Virus record (IMG/VR): IMGVR_UViG_3300029288_002061
Location: 32,001 to 96,000 of that record
DNA length: 64,000 bases
Direction: 5' to 3' (one strand)
Source of the DNA: a virus
Taxonomy: Duplodnaviria > Caudoviricetes
Each line of letters opens with the position of its first letter. Positions within the stretch are counted from its first letter, which is position 1. The translations under genes and the position numbers were made by a program. The notes beneath the pieces are model-generated. The model saw only the letters and a list, made by a program, of their open reading frames with translations. It was not told where the DNA came from and ran no database searches. Of the stretch, positions 1 to 9,780 are shown piece by piece.

Positions 1-196
1 CGGCGGTCTTCGTCGTAAGAGCGGAAGACGTGGCGATTCTTGCCGTAAGAGGGATATCGGACAGGAATTCGTCGGTTAAGACATCAGCCGTGTATGCGGA
101 CTTGTCAATGAGTACCACCTTGATTGTCGCGGAAGTCCAATTCAAAGCCCCTGTGAGAAAACGGTTCTTTGCCGCTGTATAGAGAGCATTCGCCAT
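1..196 (-). CDS. Partial virion/tail-associated protein (runs off window end)
   Basis: Manual translation from ATG at 196: MANALYTAAKNRFLTGALNWTSATIKVVLIDKSAY..., open to the window edge; directly downstream of baseplate J. Confidence 0.6.
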   Translation of the reverse strand, partial: MANALYTAAKNRFLTGALNWTSATIKVVLIDKSAYTADVLTDEFLSDIPLTARIATSSALTTKTA

Positions 197-206
197 GATT
201 CATTCC

Positions 207-1988
207 TTATCGTACACATCCCTTGTTTGAGGATTCTTCCACATAAGCATACCGAAGTGTTACCGTACCCTCGGTGAAAAACTCGTCCGTATCCATAACC
301 ACATTGGCAATCTTCGGAGAAGTCCGGATAACCGCCTTGTCTTGGGCCGACATCGGAGTTGTACCAGAAAGCAGAGTAAACCCGAAATTACCGTTATTCG
401 AGATAAACGGGGCGTCCAAAGAGCCTGTGCCTTGGATACCGGAGTTATAACCCCTTACAGAGAACGCGGTTGGGGAAGTAAACACCACCGTCCATTCCTC
501 GTTAATCGCATCATCTCCGATATACCAAGCACCAGAATCAAATGTAGCATTCCCAGTCCAGATTTCCAGTTCCGGGGTGGGCTGCCTTGAGTATTTTACA
601 AAGTCCACATAGGCAACGCCTTCCGACCCGTCAATGACACTGGTAATGTCGGAAAGATACGATGCTTTCCCGAATCCCGTGTAAGAGCTGGACTGGACGT
701 TGAAATAGTCATTCAGGCTTTCCCTGACATTGGTATCCACCGTCGAGGTCGCATAGTTGGCATAGATATAGACATTCGCTTCAAGGTTAATCGGCTGATA
801 TTTGGGATCAAACAGCTCTACCGTGGTTCCCGCGATTTGCCGTGGAGCCAGATAATCAAGGATATCCTGCTTTTGGCTAAGACTCATATTGGAACCGTCT
901 TCTGTCGCCACAAACAGCGATACCGGTATGGCACTTGACCGATTACAGTTCCGCCAACGGTCTACCGTGGCTCGGACGGCATTGACATTGTTCCGGGTGT
1001 CCGCAAGAGCTTCAAAGTCTTCCAGCGTAATAGCCCTGTAGAGCGCACGGAGCGCACGCGGGCCTTCCACCTTGGCTGATTGGATGGATTGTTCGTCCGT
1101 ACCGCCGGTGGCGGATGAGTTATTGGTTACGCTGACAGAAATCGGGGATCCGTTAAAGAGAATCTGGGAATCGACGATGGTAATGGTTCCTTCCCCGACA
1201 TTCCCCTGAGTCCCGCCGCCAACCCTGTAAATCGCGGATACGATAGCCCCGTTCGCGGGGATCTTTCCTTGACCGTTATCACCGAAATAGACATTGACAA
1301 CCCCGTTGGCATTCCGGAAAAGCATACAGTCTTGGGAACAGCTTTCCGAGTCGACAAGGGTTTCTACGATTTTCCACTTGGTATACCCGGCACCCTCGTT
1401 GATATAAATGCTTACAGAATCATCAATTACGGGAGTTTCTGGAAGTGTGAAGATCTGATTTGGGGCTGCGTTGGATTGTCCGAGAATGATAGGGTCACCC
1501 ACCGTTCCGGAAGTCTTTCCTTCTACCGCGCTGACTGTCCCGGTAGTGTACCCGGAAGGAATGGTCAAAGCAACAGAAGTCTCAAAATAGATGGGATTTG
1601 CCGAAGTGTCTGCATACGTATGCAGTAGGGTACTCTTAGGGATAAGTAGGTCATCCGAAAGGGCTTGGTCGATGGAAAATGTCACATCAACGGTCGCGGC
1701 GGTCTTCCCACGGAGTTCATAGTCAATCAGCTTGAGAAGGTTGACAACGGACTGTCGGGTAATCGCGGTCGGTAGGAAAGATTCTTCAGCCATACGGTCG
1801 ATATAGAAATGGATGTTATCCCCCATGTACGCCAAAAGTTCCATAAGAACGACACCGAAATCGCTGGGGTTCATATCGGTATATTCAGGGCAGAAGAACG
1901 GAAGTGTCCTGAGAAGGTCATCGCGGAGTGATTCATAATCCCGCGAAGTATAGTCTATTGTTGGCACGCGCCAAGTTTGTGTCGCCAT
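207..1988 (-). CDS. Baseplate wedge protein (baseplate J / T4 gp6-like)
   Basis: IDYTSRDYESLR, DFGVVLMELLAY, FGDNGQGKIP, YRVGGG.QGNV and RAITLEDFE motifs typical of baseplate J/Afp11-like proteins. Confidence 0.9.
   Translation of the reverse strand: MATQTWRVPTIDYTSRDYESLRDDLLRTLPFFCPEYTDMNPSDFGVVLMELLAYMGDNIHFYIDRMAEESFLPTAITRQSVVNLLKLIDYELRGKTAATVDVTFSIDQALSDDLLIPKSTLLHTYADTSANPIYFETSVALTIPSGYTTGTVSAVEGKTSGTVGDPIILGQSNAAPNQIFTLPETPVIDDSVSIYINEGAGYTKWKIVETLVDSESCSQDCMLFRNANGVVNVYFGDNGQGKIPANGAIVSAIYRVGGGTQGNVGEGTITIVDSQILFNGSPISVSVTNNSSATGGTDEQSIQSAKVEGPRALRALYRAITLEDFEALADTRNNVNAVRATVDRWRNCNRSSAIPVSLFVATEDGSNMSLSQKQDILDYLAPRQIAGTTVELFDPKYQPINLEANVYIYANYATSTVDTNVRESLNDYFNVQSSSYTGFGKASYLSDITSVIDGSEGVAYVDFVKYSRQPTPELEIWTGNATFDSGAWYIGDDAINEEWTVVFTSPTAFSVRGYNSGIQGTGSLDAPFISNNGNFGFTLLSGTTPMSAQDKAVIRTSPKIANVVMDTDEFFTEGTVTLRYAYVEESSNKGCVR
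1610..1625. repeat. 16-bp palindrome copy 1 (in baseplate J)
   Basis: ctgcatacgtatgcag. Confidence 0.95.
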
Positions 1989-1997
1989 GAAGGACTC

Positions 1998-2465
1998 CTA
2001 ACCGAATTGTGCCGTACTTTGGGCATCCGTAACCCATGCTTCCTGTTCCGCCGGATCAAGAAAGTACGGGAAGACAAGGTTACGCTTTACATTGGTCTTA
2101 ATCACTGTATAGGTTACACTGACATCGAGCCGCCCTTCTTGGCGGAACGTCCTGTCAATAACCAGATTATCCACAATCACGCGGGGTTCCCACCGTTCTA
2201 TGGCACCCCGGACGGCATACTCTACCTTGGCATCCAAAGCAGGGTCATTAGGCCGGAATACGATTTCCCGGAGATAGGAACCGAAAGAACGCCGCATGAC
2301 GCGGGAGCCTACCCGGATTCCAAGGATCTGAAGGATACTTTCTATGATATGCTGATCGCTCTCGGACTGTGTAACAGCTCCAAAAGCAGACACGCCGCCC
2401 GATTTCCGGGTAAACCGGAACGGGAAAGCCATACCGCGCCCTAGAAATCCCCTTGGGTCAGCCAT
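1998..2465 (-). CDS. Baseplate wedge / sheath initiator, gp25 family
   Basis: FLGRGMAFPF, IxESIxQILxxRxGxRVMRxxFGS and ERWEPRV motifs. Confidence 0.92.
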   Translation of the reverse strand: MADPRGFLGRGMAFPFRFTRKSGGVSAFGAVTQSESDQHIIESILQILGIRVGSRVMRRSFGSYLREIVFRPNDPALDAKVEYAVRGAIERWEPRVIVDNLVIDRTFRQEGRLDVSVTYTVIKTNVKRNLVFPYFLDPAEQEAWVTDAQSTAQFG

Positions 2466-2854
2466 TATTGATTATCCTTGCCGATAAAGCCTTCCAGTAA
2501 CGCGGCTAGTTGACGTTTGCCCTGTATGGTAGCCAACCGCCGCTCCAAGTCAAGTTGTTTTTCCAACTTTGATGTTGGCTGGATAGCCGCTATTTCCCTA
2601 TCTATGTAGTGGACAAGCATATCAAAGACGGCATTCATTGGGTCATAGTCCGAAGCTACCAGAATACCCTTGGCTTTGACAATCATGGTTCTTTGGTGAT
2701 TGAGCTTGTTAATGGCAAAGTTCATAACCCGGATTTCATCCACCAGCTTATCCCGGAATTCCTTCAACTGCTTGAATTGATACTCATCCACATCCCGGAG
2801 AAGCATTTCCCGTAGGGTTTGTAACGTTGCCTTGTCTTCGGCGGAAATCATCAT
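2465..2854 (-). CDS. Hypothetical helical protein in baseplate module
   Basis: ORF with GGAG RBS; its stop is coupled (TAATG) to the gp25 start. Confidence 0.65.
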   Translation of the reverse strand: MMISAEDKATLQTLREMLLRDVDEYQFKQLKEFRDKLVDEIRVMNFAINKLNHQRTMIVKAKGILVASDYDPMNAVFDMLVHYIDREIAAIQPTSKLEKQLDLERRLATIQGKRQLAALLEGFIGKDNQ

Positions 2855-2860
2855 AACTCC

Positions 2861-3136
2861 TTAATTCTCATCAGCATACACATTTGGGCTACCCGTTACT
2901 TGTGGGTTAGGCGGATGCGGGCAGGGGTCGCCTTTATGGTCATCTCCTATCCGGGCAACCCGTATTCCCTCGGCAAAAACTGTAGGACTACCATCTTTTT
3001 GTGTAGTAGTCCCGCAATGTGTGTCGATATCTCCTACCCTATGCACTGGGCTACCATTGGCGTAAGTTGTAGGACTCCCGCCGGTGGCTACCGCCCCACA
3101 CGCATGAACATCTCCAATACGACATACCTTGGGCAT
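2861..3136 (-). CDS. PAAR-domain spike-tip protein
   Basis: Three RxGD repeats (CRIGD, HRVGD, ARIGD), GSPTV/GSPNV and metal-binding His/Cys. Confidence 0.93.
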   Translation of the reverse strand: MPKVCRIGDVHACGAVATGGSPTTYANGSPVHRVGDIDTHCGTTTQKDGSPTVFAEGIRVARIGDDHKGDPCPHPPNPQVTGSPNVYADEN

Positions 3137-3147
3137 ATCTTCTACCT

Positions 3148-3891
3148 CTAATTATGGTCAATTCGGGGTGCATTATCCGCTATGTGCGTCTCGGAGTTGC
3201 GTACAAATTCACCCTTAACTGTAGTTGTATTATACCCGTCCACATTCAACTCTTCATCCCCAACTACGTACTGGGTATGATTCCCCTCGATAACCCTGAT
3301 AACATTGCCGTGGATCCGCTCTGAAACGTCCCCGTTGACCTCGGAATAGACATTCCCGACAACCTTGATTCGGACATTCCCGGCGGTATCTATGTCCACA
3401 AACGTCCCGGAAGCATGATAAATCTTAATACGTTCCTGATCCGGAGTATCATCGAACTCCACGGTATGTCCGGAAAGCGTCTTGAAGACATGGTTATAGG
3501 GATACTGGGCCTTATACGGGTCTGGAACGGTTGGGGTGGCCGGATTGATGCTCTGGACGGTGTTATCCGCCGTTCCTTGCGCCAAAGCCGGTGGCGGGGT
3601 GGCTTGAGAGAACCAAACCGCTGACCAAACGGGGTAATTCGGGTTCCCTGACTCAAACTCGCACCAAACCGCGTCTCCCTTGTTGGGAACGTGGAAGTCA
3701 CCCTTCTCGTGTTCCCCGTCGGATCCTGTTACCCCGACTTTTCCGAATGCCCAGTCTGTTACCAAAGTCTCCCCGAAGATTTCAGGGACTCTGAGACGGA
3801 CACGCCCAAGCATTTCCGGGTCGTTATTATCGACCACAAACGCTCGGTAGCAAAACGGATAGACATTCTTACCGGTATTTGAAAACATCAC
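3148..3891 (-). CDS. Baseplate spike (gp5/VgrG-like OB-fold plus beta-helix)
   Basis: VVDNNDPEMLGRVRLRVP, PxxGDAVWCEFESGNPNYPVW, SGHTVEFDDT and VxGN repeats. Confidence 0.92.
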   Translation of the reverse strand: MMFSNTGKNVYPFCYRAFVVDNNDPEMLGRVRLRVPEIFGETLVTDWAFGKVGVTGSDGEHEKGDFHVPNKGDAVWCEFESGNPNYPVWSAVWFSQATPPPALAQGTADNTVQSINPATPTVPDPYKAQYPYNHVFKTLSGHTVEFDDTPDQERIKIYHASGTFVDIDTAGNVRIKVVGNVYSEVNGDVSERIHGNVIRVIEGNHTQYVVGDEELNVDGYNTTTVKGEFVRNSETHIADNAPRIDHN

Positions 3892-4160
3892 TTAATCCTT
3901 GTATTGCACCGTTGACACCACTTCACACGTACCCACTTGTTATTCACGTTTTCAAGCCGGTAAATCACTTCTACCTTGCATACCGGACATAGAGTTGTAT
4001 CTTGAGCTTTTCTTGTATCTACCCGCTCTGCCTTGGCCTGTTCCTGTGCTACCTTGGCATCGTCTACCGTCACAACCTTTTGTACCACCGTGGGTTGTGA
4101 CATCGTGGTTATCTGAGCACGGGCTGCTTTTGCCATAGCTGATCCGCAATTACATCCCAT
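3888..4160 (-). CDS. Small Cys-rich/Zn-ribbon protein
   Basis: MGCNCG start, CPVC...CQRC; overlaps both neighbours in coupled fashion. Confidence 0.65.
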   Translation of the reverse strand: MGCNCGSAMAKAARAQITTMSQPTVVQKVVTVDDAKVAQEQAKAERVDTRKAQDTTLCPVCKVEVIYRLENVNNKWVRVKWCQRCNTRIK

Positions 4161-5896
4161 TATTCCTGTACCTCCACAAGCTGCGTCGGGGTGTTTTCAA
4201 CCTTCGATTTCCCCGGCCCACCTTTCCAAGTCCTTGTAAGCAGGACTTCATTGGTATAAAGACCTCTTTCATACTTATGATACACATCGGTCATATAATA
4301 CAAGCCACTAGCCCTGCCGACACCGGCAAGTTCTATGCTGTCTCTGGCTCTTAACCATTCCACCCCGACAACCTTTGCCATACCCTTCATGATCCAGCGG
4401 GAGTTCTCTGAGAACCCTTGGACTTCCGTTTGGAGGACAAAAGGATCCCTACCGGAGTGGTAGACATACTTCTGGTTAGGCTTCCCGCCATAGGATACGA
4501 TATCAGCCCACCGCTTCACCCCGCTATTGGTTCCATAGGTGGCGGCATTTGTGGTAAACTTTCCAATCCCGACCTGAGAAATCGGATCATCCGTATCTTG
4601 GGACGTAACCGTATAGGGCAGTCCAGAAAGCGGGTCGATCTGGGAACCCTCCACGACATTGCCTTCTTGCAGCGGCTCACCCCAGACAGAAAACCCGCTG
4701 ATCTGGCTATCATCACCCTTGTAGTAAACCATCTTAATGCCACTGTCGCGGAATAATGGCTTGTGGAAATGGAGGATGCTATTCTCGATATAGAGCTGGT
4801 AGCCGTATTGTTCGGCCCGTTCTTCAAGGAAATCCCAGTCGGACTGATTCATCTGTGATACTTGACCCCAAACCGGGAGAGTATCCTGTACCGCCGCAAG
4901 GAATCCGTACTTTTTGGCAATTTGCTGGACAATCTGGGAATCTGTGAGATTATTCCAGACAATACGTTCTTGTCCCAGCCCCATCATGAACTCTTCACTG
5001 ACCCCGGTAAGCTCTACCATACCGACATTTCCTGCGCCCTGACCGAATACCAGCTTTGGGCCGAGCGAGTAGAACGTTCCGCCGACTTGCTTGAATCCGG
5101 TAGTTTTGTACCCAAACTTGATCCGGATCGGCTTATATTCATCCCATAGCGGGTCATTGGTGTATTGCAACAGTGTGTTATCAAAAGTCAATACCACAGT
5201 AGACATTCTGTGTTCATGTGTAAGGTGGACTACCGCCCTTTGGAGTAGTTTGGCATAGCTCTCATCTAACGGCTTACCGTCGATTTCAATGTAGGTAATC
5301 CCGTTATTACGGTTTACCGGAGTTGGGTTCTGAAAACTCTTGGTTGCCTTATCAGATCCGGAGCTTGCCGTGGTTTTCATACCACCGGAAGCCAATGTCT
5401 GTTCAAGGTCGGTTACTGCCTTGACAGTATCTTCGATAGCACCATTTGTACCGGATATGTTACTGACCTTATCCGATTGGTGTCCAAGCCGGGATGTCTG
5501 TGCCGACGTACCGGATGTACTGAGATTGATACCCACCCGCGTAACCAATGGGTTATTGATATTCAGGGCGGAAATACCTTTTGAGCCTTGGAAAGCCGAT
5601 TTAAGGGCATTCATGGCCTGTATAATGGTAAGGACTTCGCCGGATCTTCCCGACCCAGCCGCCATATTGATAACATCCGCGATGGAAGGTATCCTGAGCT
5701 TGGCCGACAGGGAGACCTTGAACCCGCCGATACTGGCATAACCAGTCCCACGGGCTAGAGATGTAACAATTCCGGTGCGCCATGTTCCGGCGCGGATAAG
5801 CTTATTGGCTTCCGCTTTCCACTTCCCTATGGCTTTCTTAACTTGGCTCTGCGCATAGGATTTAACGACGGAAGTAGCCTTTTTACCCCAGTTCAT
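4160..5896 (-). CDS. Baseplate hub / late control protein D (gpD/gp27-like) with N-terminal extension
   Basis: TDSQIVQQIAxKYG and QxNQSDWDFLxERA...LHF motifs; G.G..SGLYYMTDVxH C-terminus. Confidence 0.85.
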   Translation of the reverse strand: MNWGKKATSVVKSYAQSQVKKAIGKWKAEANKLIRAGTWRTGIVTSLARGTGYASIGGFKVSLSAKLRIPSIADVINMAAGSGRSGEVLTIIQAMNALKSAFQGSKGISALNINNPLVTRVGINLSTSGTSAQTSRLGHQSDKVSNISGTNGAIEDTVKAVTDLEQTLASGGMKTTASSGSDKATKSFQNPTPVNRNNGITYIEIDGKPLDESYAKLLQRAVVHLTHEHRMSTVVLTFDNTLLQYTNDPLWDEYKPIRIKFGYKTTGFKQVGGTFYSLGPKLVFGQGAGNVGMVELTGVSEEFMMGLGQERIVWNNLTDSQIVQQIAKKYGFLAAVQDTLPVWGQVSQMNQSDWDFLEERAEQYGYQLYIENSILHFHKPLFRDSGIKMVYYKGDDSQISGFSVWGEPLQEGNVVEGSQIDPLSGLPYTVTSQDTDDPISQVGIGKFTTNAATYGTNSGVKRWADIVSYGGKPNQKYVYHSGRDPFVLQTEVQGFSENSRWIMKGMAKVVGVEWLRARDSIELAGVGRASGLYYMTDVYHKYERGLYTNEVLLTRTWKGGPGKSKVENTPTQLVEVQE

Positions 5897-6197
5897 TCAA
5901 TTCCCTCACCGGAATAATGATTTGCTGGCCGGGAGTCAGATCCAGCGGCCATAGGATACCATTGACTTCCGCGATAAGCCACCATAGGCGTTCTTTGTCC
6001 TCTACGGAACCGGCAAAACGGAAAGCTATATCGTCAAGGCTATCCGCGACAGTTACCGTATAGAGGATCCAGTCTGAATTCACGTCTTGTTGGGTAAGGG
6101 ACGTGCGCGGATGTAACCATTTCCGGGGGATATCATCCGAACCCGGAATCGTTGTGTAAGGAAGACCTTCATAGCGGCTACCGTGGAAAACTGACAT
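5883..6197 (-). CDS. LysM-like tail/baseplate protein (gpX-like)
   Basis: SRY...DSLDDIA...WWLIAEVNGI.WPLDL.PGQQIIIP; ATG at 6197 follows an AGGAG RBS. Confidence 0.85.
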   Translation of the reverse strand: MSVFHGSRYEGLPYTTIPGSDDIPRKWLHPRTSLTQQDVNSDWILYTVTVADSLDDIAFRFAGSVEDKERLWWLIAEVNGILWPLDLTPGQQIIIPVRELNELG

Positions 6198-6206
6198 ATT
6201 CTTCTC

Positions 6207-6222
6207 CTGCAAACGTATGCAG
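6207..6222. repeat. Palindrome copy 2 (intergenic, overlaps RBS)
   Basis: ctgcaaacgtatgcag. Confidence 0.95.
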
Positions 6223-6924
6223 TTACAGCTTTACGTTGACATACTCCACAAAACTAAGGTTTACTTCCGCCCGGATAGGCTCACCCGAAAGCGGAGAAAG
6301 CTTCTGATACGTTATAACCGCATCCGTCATGTATGCCACAAACGCTTCGTCAAAGATATTTACAAATATCGGAGGCGGGGCGTCCATTTGGGCTACAGAT
6401 CCGTCAGAATAGCGTTCATAATACCCGGTTGCCTTCGGTGGGCGGATACATTCCCTGATCCAGTTCAAGGAATCCTTGACATTCATACAGGCGGGATGCC
6501 TACGATTCATATCATCTCCCCACGATGATAGAAGGATTGTCATGTTCCAAGTCTTAGCCCGTGCTTCCTTGAATTGGTATCTCTCCACACGAACACCCGC
6601 AACACCTTGGGCGGTAAGATAGTTAGCTCCGATGTTCTCTTGAACTGTTTCGGGATTATAATGGCATACCATCTCGGCTGATTGGTCTTTTACAAACTTA
6701 GGATTATTACCAGCTATAGCCATTCTGGTAAGTGTCATTTTCTTGGCTTGTGGGTGGAAACCCATGCCATAAACAGAGTTTACAGCCAATGAATTACCAA
6801 CATCCCTACCGGTAACATTCTGGTCAACATCTCTAAAAGCCTGTTGCTGTGACGGTTCGCTTGCCGCCGGTGCTGGAACGTCGGATTTCATTGTGTCTTT
6901 GATAAAGTTCGCAGTCGAGGACAT
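6223..6924 (-). CDS. Tail tube initiator (CIS tube / gpU-like)
   Basis: HYNPE, PPP and GEPIRAEVNLSFVEY motifs; lies between tape measure and LysM genes. Confidence 0.75.
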   Translation of the reverse strand: MSSTANFIKDTMKSDVPAPAASEPSQQQAFRDVDQNVTGRDVGNSLAVNSVYGMGFHPQAKKMTLTRMAIAGNNPKFVKDQSAEMVCHYNPETVQENIGANYLTAQGVAGVRVERYQFKEARAKTWNMTILLSSWGDDMNRRHPACMNVKDSLNWIRECIRPPKATGYYERYSDGSVAQMDAPPPIFVNIFDEAFVAYMTDAVITYQKLSPLSGEPIRAEVNLSFVEYVNVKL

Positions 6925-6928
6925 AGTA

Positions 6929-9514
6929 TTACCTTATTCCATGCAACGGGCCACTCGGTTCACCGTAATTGAGTATATTGTTATTACGGTCAATTTTAAC
7001 CAAAGCCTGTCCCAAAACGTACTCATCAAGAACGATCTGGACGGGTACTGATATTGTACCCCTATCGCCTCCGGCGGGCCGCCCCTGTGATTCAACCGTC
7101 TGATTAGGACTCTGAGGTGCGCTATACGGAGTTGTCATTGACATCGCCATATGACGGAAAGCCGGTTGTGCTACCGCTCTTCCCGGTTCAACCTGAGTCC
7201 TTCTCTTTTCGGTTATCACAATACCGGTCTGGATGTCTTTTTCTGCCGCCTCATTCATTGCACGCTGCTTTTCCAGCATAACGGCAAGACTCTTATTGGA
7301 GTCTATGGTGTTTCTGTTGAGATTTTCTGCGGCATTTGCTGCTTTGTCCATCGCGCCGGTTACACCGTGAATAGCTGCCTGTTGACGGCTATAAGCATCT
7401 GCGGCAGCAAGGGCGCGCTTCTTGGCTGCGGCGTATTCATCCGTTTTCTCGTAATCTTGGGCTGTTTTACCTCTTCCGAGCCATTCAAGGAATTTCTCAT
7501 AGAGGTCAGTAACGGTAGCAATGGCTGCCTTGGCTTTTCCTACTATTGCATCATATAGATATTCCGCAGCCTTGTATACCAATCCTGACACGTACTTAGC
7601 GGCTGTCCCTACCGCACCTATAAGTGCGCCGCCTATTGAAGCCCCAAGACCACCAAGGAGCTTAAACACATAGATAACAGCACTTGTGAGGTCAGAGAAG
7701 ATCGCTATAGCCAGCCCGACTGCCCAGACAATGCCGTATACCAGATATGCCACGGATTTCAGCACAACACCAGCTACTTTACCAAAGTAGAACATGGTTC
7801 TTGAGAATTCTTCAGTTTTCCCCTTCCCGGCGTCGGTTATGCTGAAAAGATTCTTAAAAGCGGCAAAGAGAATGGTAAAGGCATCCCCCATGCCCTTCAT
7901 GGAATCTTTTACACCGGCATAAAACGAGTTCCACCAACCCTTTAGTGTAATGAGTATATTACCTACCCCTCCAAGAGCCTTTGCTATTCCAAGGAAAACA
8001 CCTACAATAGCCAAACCTATTGCTATAACAGGAAGAGCTGCGGCGGCAAATCCGGCAAGACCGGCGGTACCAGCCGCTATGGCGGCTTTAACGGCAATAA
8101 CCGCCGCACCCATCTTCGCCCAAAGAGCAGTAAATCCGGCTACGATACCGGCCCATAGACCCCCAGAGAAGAGACCTCTTATGGACATGGACAACCCACC
8201 AAGCCACCCTAATGCTTGACCGGATACCGATTTTACTCTTGTACCTAGCATTGTAGCGAAAGTATTGGCTCTTATGGTAAGAGAGGTAAACTCTTTACCG
8301 AGATTTTCCAAAGGAGGTATGATACCGGCAGCGTGCCTACCAAGAGCGGCTATCGCGTGGTTTACCGCTACGAAAGCCAAAGTCATACCGCCTATAAGCC
8401 CTATAACACCCTTTACCGGAGTCGGCAGAGCATTCAAGACATACAAGAATCCACGGAATAGAGCTATCATGGTGGCAATAACTGGGTTAAGAATCGACCC
8501 AAATCCTCTGGCGAACGCCTTAAGATCTTCTACAAGCCGCTTCATCTGTTCACCTATACCACCGATGATCTTGTCATAAAGCGATGCCAGTGTTACAGTT
8601 CCGTCCGCCGCGTCCTGTTGGGCCTGTAAAGACGCATTGAGCGCACCGGCTTGCTTACCAAGGGTGTTAAGCCATTCGATCTGGACTGCATTCAACTTTC
8701 CGGTACTAACGATCATACGCCGCTGTTCCGCCGACACATTGGACATACCTTGCTGAAGGATGCCAAGAGCTTTCACCGGGTCGGAAAGCATCGCTTGAGA
8801 TGCTTGATGGAAGAAAGCTGGCAGACCGGCAAACTCTTTACCGTAGGATTGAAGATCCCGCATGAACATGTCAAACATGGCATTGGCATTGGCGGTTGAC
8901 CCTGTAGCGTTCTCAAAGGCTGCCGCGAGAGCCATAGCGTTTTCTTTTGTACCACCGAACATCTTAGCCAAAGCACCGCCTTGGGTGGCAAAATGCGCCA
9001 TAGATTCCATAGCCGCGCCGGTTCTATATGCAATGGCACCCATAGCGGAATTCATCCGCTCAAGCTCTGAATTGGTCAGTCCAAGGTCGGTTTTAAGCTG
9101 TCTCATGGTCTTGGCGATATCTTCAACCGCCCTATTCAAAATAGAGCTGAGTTGGCGGGATTGAACCGCCAATTTGACCATAGAGGCTTCTGTCATGCCT
9201 TGGGTACGGATAAGTTGCTGGTAGGTTGCTACAGCCCCCGCCAAACCGGAAGAAAGCGTTCCGTATCGGTCAATGATATCATTGAGTACGATTCCTTGGC
9301 GAAGGTATACATCTGAAGAGCGTCTTACCACAGAATCTATCTCATCAAACGCCTTAATCATATTCATAAGGACATGCTTGAGATATAGATACGCTTTCGT
9401 GGTGTGTGTCAGCCGGGAAGCCAAATCCTTAAGGGCATTAACAGCTTGCGTAGAGTCCGCAAGAATGCGAATCAGTGTTACCCGTGCTGTGGAGCTTCCT
9501 GATCCGGCTGACAT
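6929..9514 (-). CDS. Tail tape measure protein
   Basis: 861-aa Ala/Gly-rich helical protein with hydrophobic segments, directly downstream of the chaperone. Confidence 0.88.
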   Translation of the reverse strand: MSAGSGSSTARVTLIRILADSTQAVNALKDLASRLTHTTKAYLYLKHVLMNMIKAFDEIDSVVRRSSDVYLRQGIVLNDIIDRYGTLSSGLAGAVATYQQLIRTQGMTEASMVKLAVQSRQLSSILNRAVEDIAKTMRQLKTDLGLTNSELERMNSAMGAIAYRTGAAMESMAHFATQGGALAKMFGGTKENAMALAAAFENATGSTANANAMFDMFMRDLQSYGKEFAGLPAFFHQASQAMLSDPVKALGILQQGMSNVSAEQRRMIVSTGKLNAVQIEWLNTLGKQAGALNASLQAQQDAADGTVTLASLYDKIIGGIGEQMKRLVEDLKAFARGFGSILNPVIATMIALFRGFLYVLNALPTPVKGVIGLIGGMTLAFVAVNHAIAALGRHAAGIIPPLENLGKEFTSLTIRANTFATMLGTRVKSVSGQALGWLGGLSMSIRGLFSGGLWAGIVAGFTALWAKMGAAVIAVKAAIAAGTAGLAGFAAAALPVIAIGLAIVGVFLGIAKALGGVGNILITLKGWWNSFYAGVKDSMKGMGDAFTILFAAFKNLFSITDAGKGKTEEFSRTMFYFGKVAGVVLKSVAYLVYGIVWAVGLAIAIFSDLTSAVIYVFKLLGGLGASIGGALIGAVGTAAKYVSGLVYKAAEYLYDAIVGKAKAAIATVTDLYEKFLEWLGRGKTAQDYEKTDEYAAAKKRALAAADAYSRQQAAIHGVTGAMDKAANAAENLNRNTIDSNKSLAVMLEKQRAMNEAAEKDIQTGIVITEKRRTQVEPGRAVAQPAFRHMAMSMTTPYSAPQSPNQTVESQGRPAGGDRGTISVPVQIVLDEYVLGQALVKIDRNNNILNYGEPSGPLHGIR

Positions 9515-9528
9515 TGTAATCTCCTACT

Positions 9529-9780
9529 CTAGAGTGACATCGGCGTAAAGCTAGACCTAGATGCTGCTTCCTCCTCTTGTCTACGCCGCTTTTCCAGTTC
9601 TTCCAGACACTTCTCAAACCAATATATCCGTTCATCTTCGGGCATACACATGATTTCGCTATAAGTCCAACCGGTCTGGACGGCGCATATAACCCATACA
9701 TGTGTACGAATTGACTCTATCTCATCCTCGATAAGCTGATTCAGCTCATCTTGGGTTAATCCCGAAGTTTGAACAAAAAA
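9529..9780 (-). CDS. -1 frameshift extension of tail assembly chaperone (GpE'/GT-like)
   Basis: Slippery T-TTT-TTG at 9780-9774; the -1 frame reads FVQTSG...GWTYSEIMCMPEDERIYWFEK...SL* to TAG at 9529; absent from the ORF track. Confidence 0.8.
   Translation of the reverse strand, partial: FFVQTSGLTQDELNQLIEDEIESIRTHVWVICAVQTGWTYSEIMCMPEDERIYWFEKCLEELEKRRRQEEEAASRSSFTPMSL

Noticed and set aside
9438-9701. 87-aa ORF from the track between chaperone and tape measure
   Set aside because: Wrong frame. It overlaps the tape measure start, while the -1 frame carries the conserved chaperone-extension motif.
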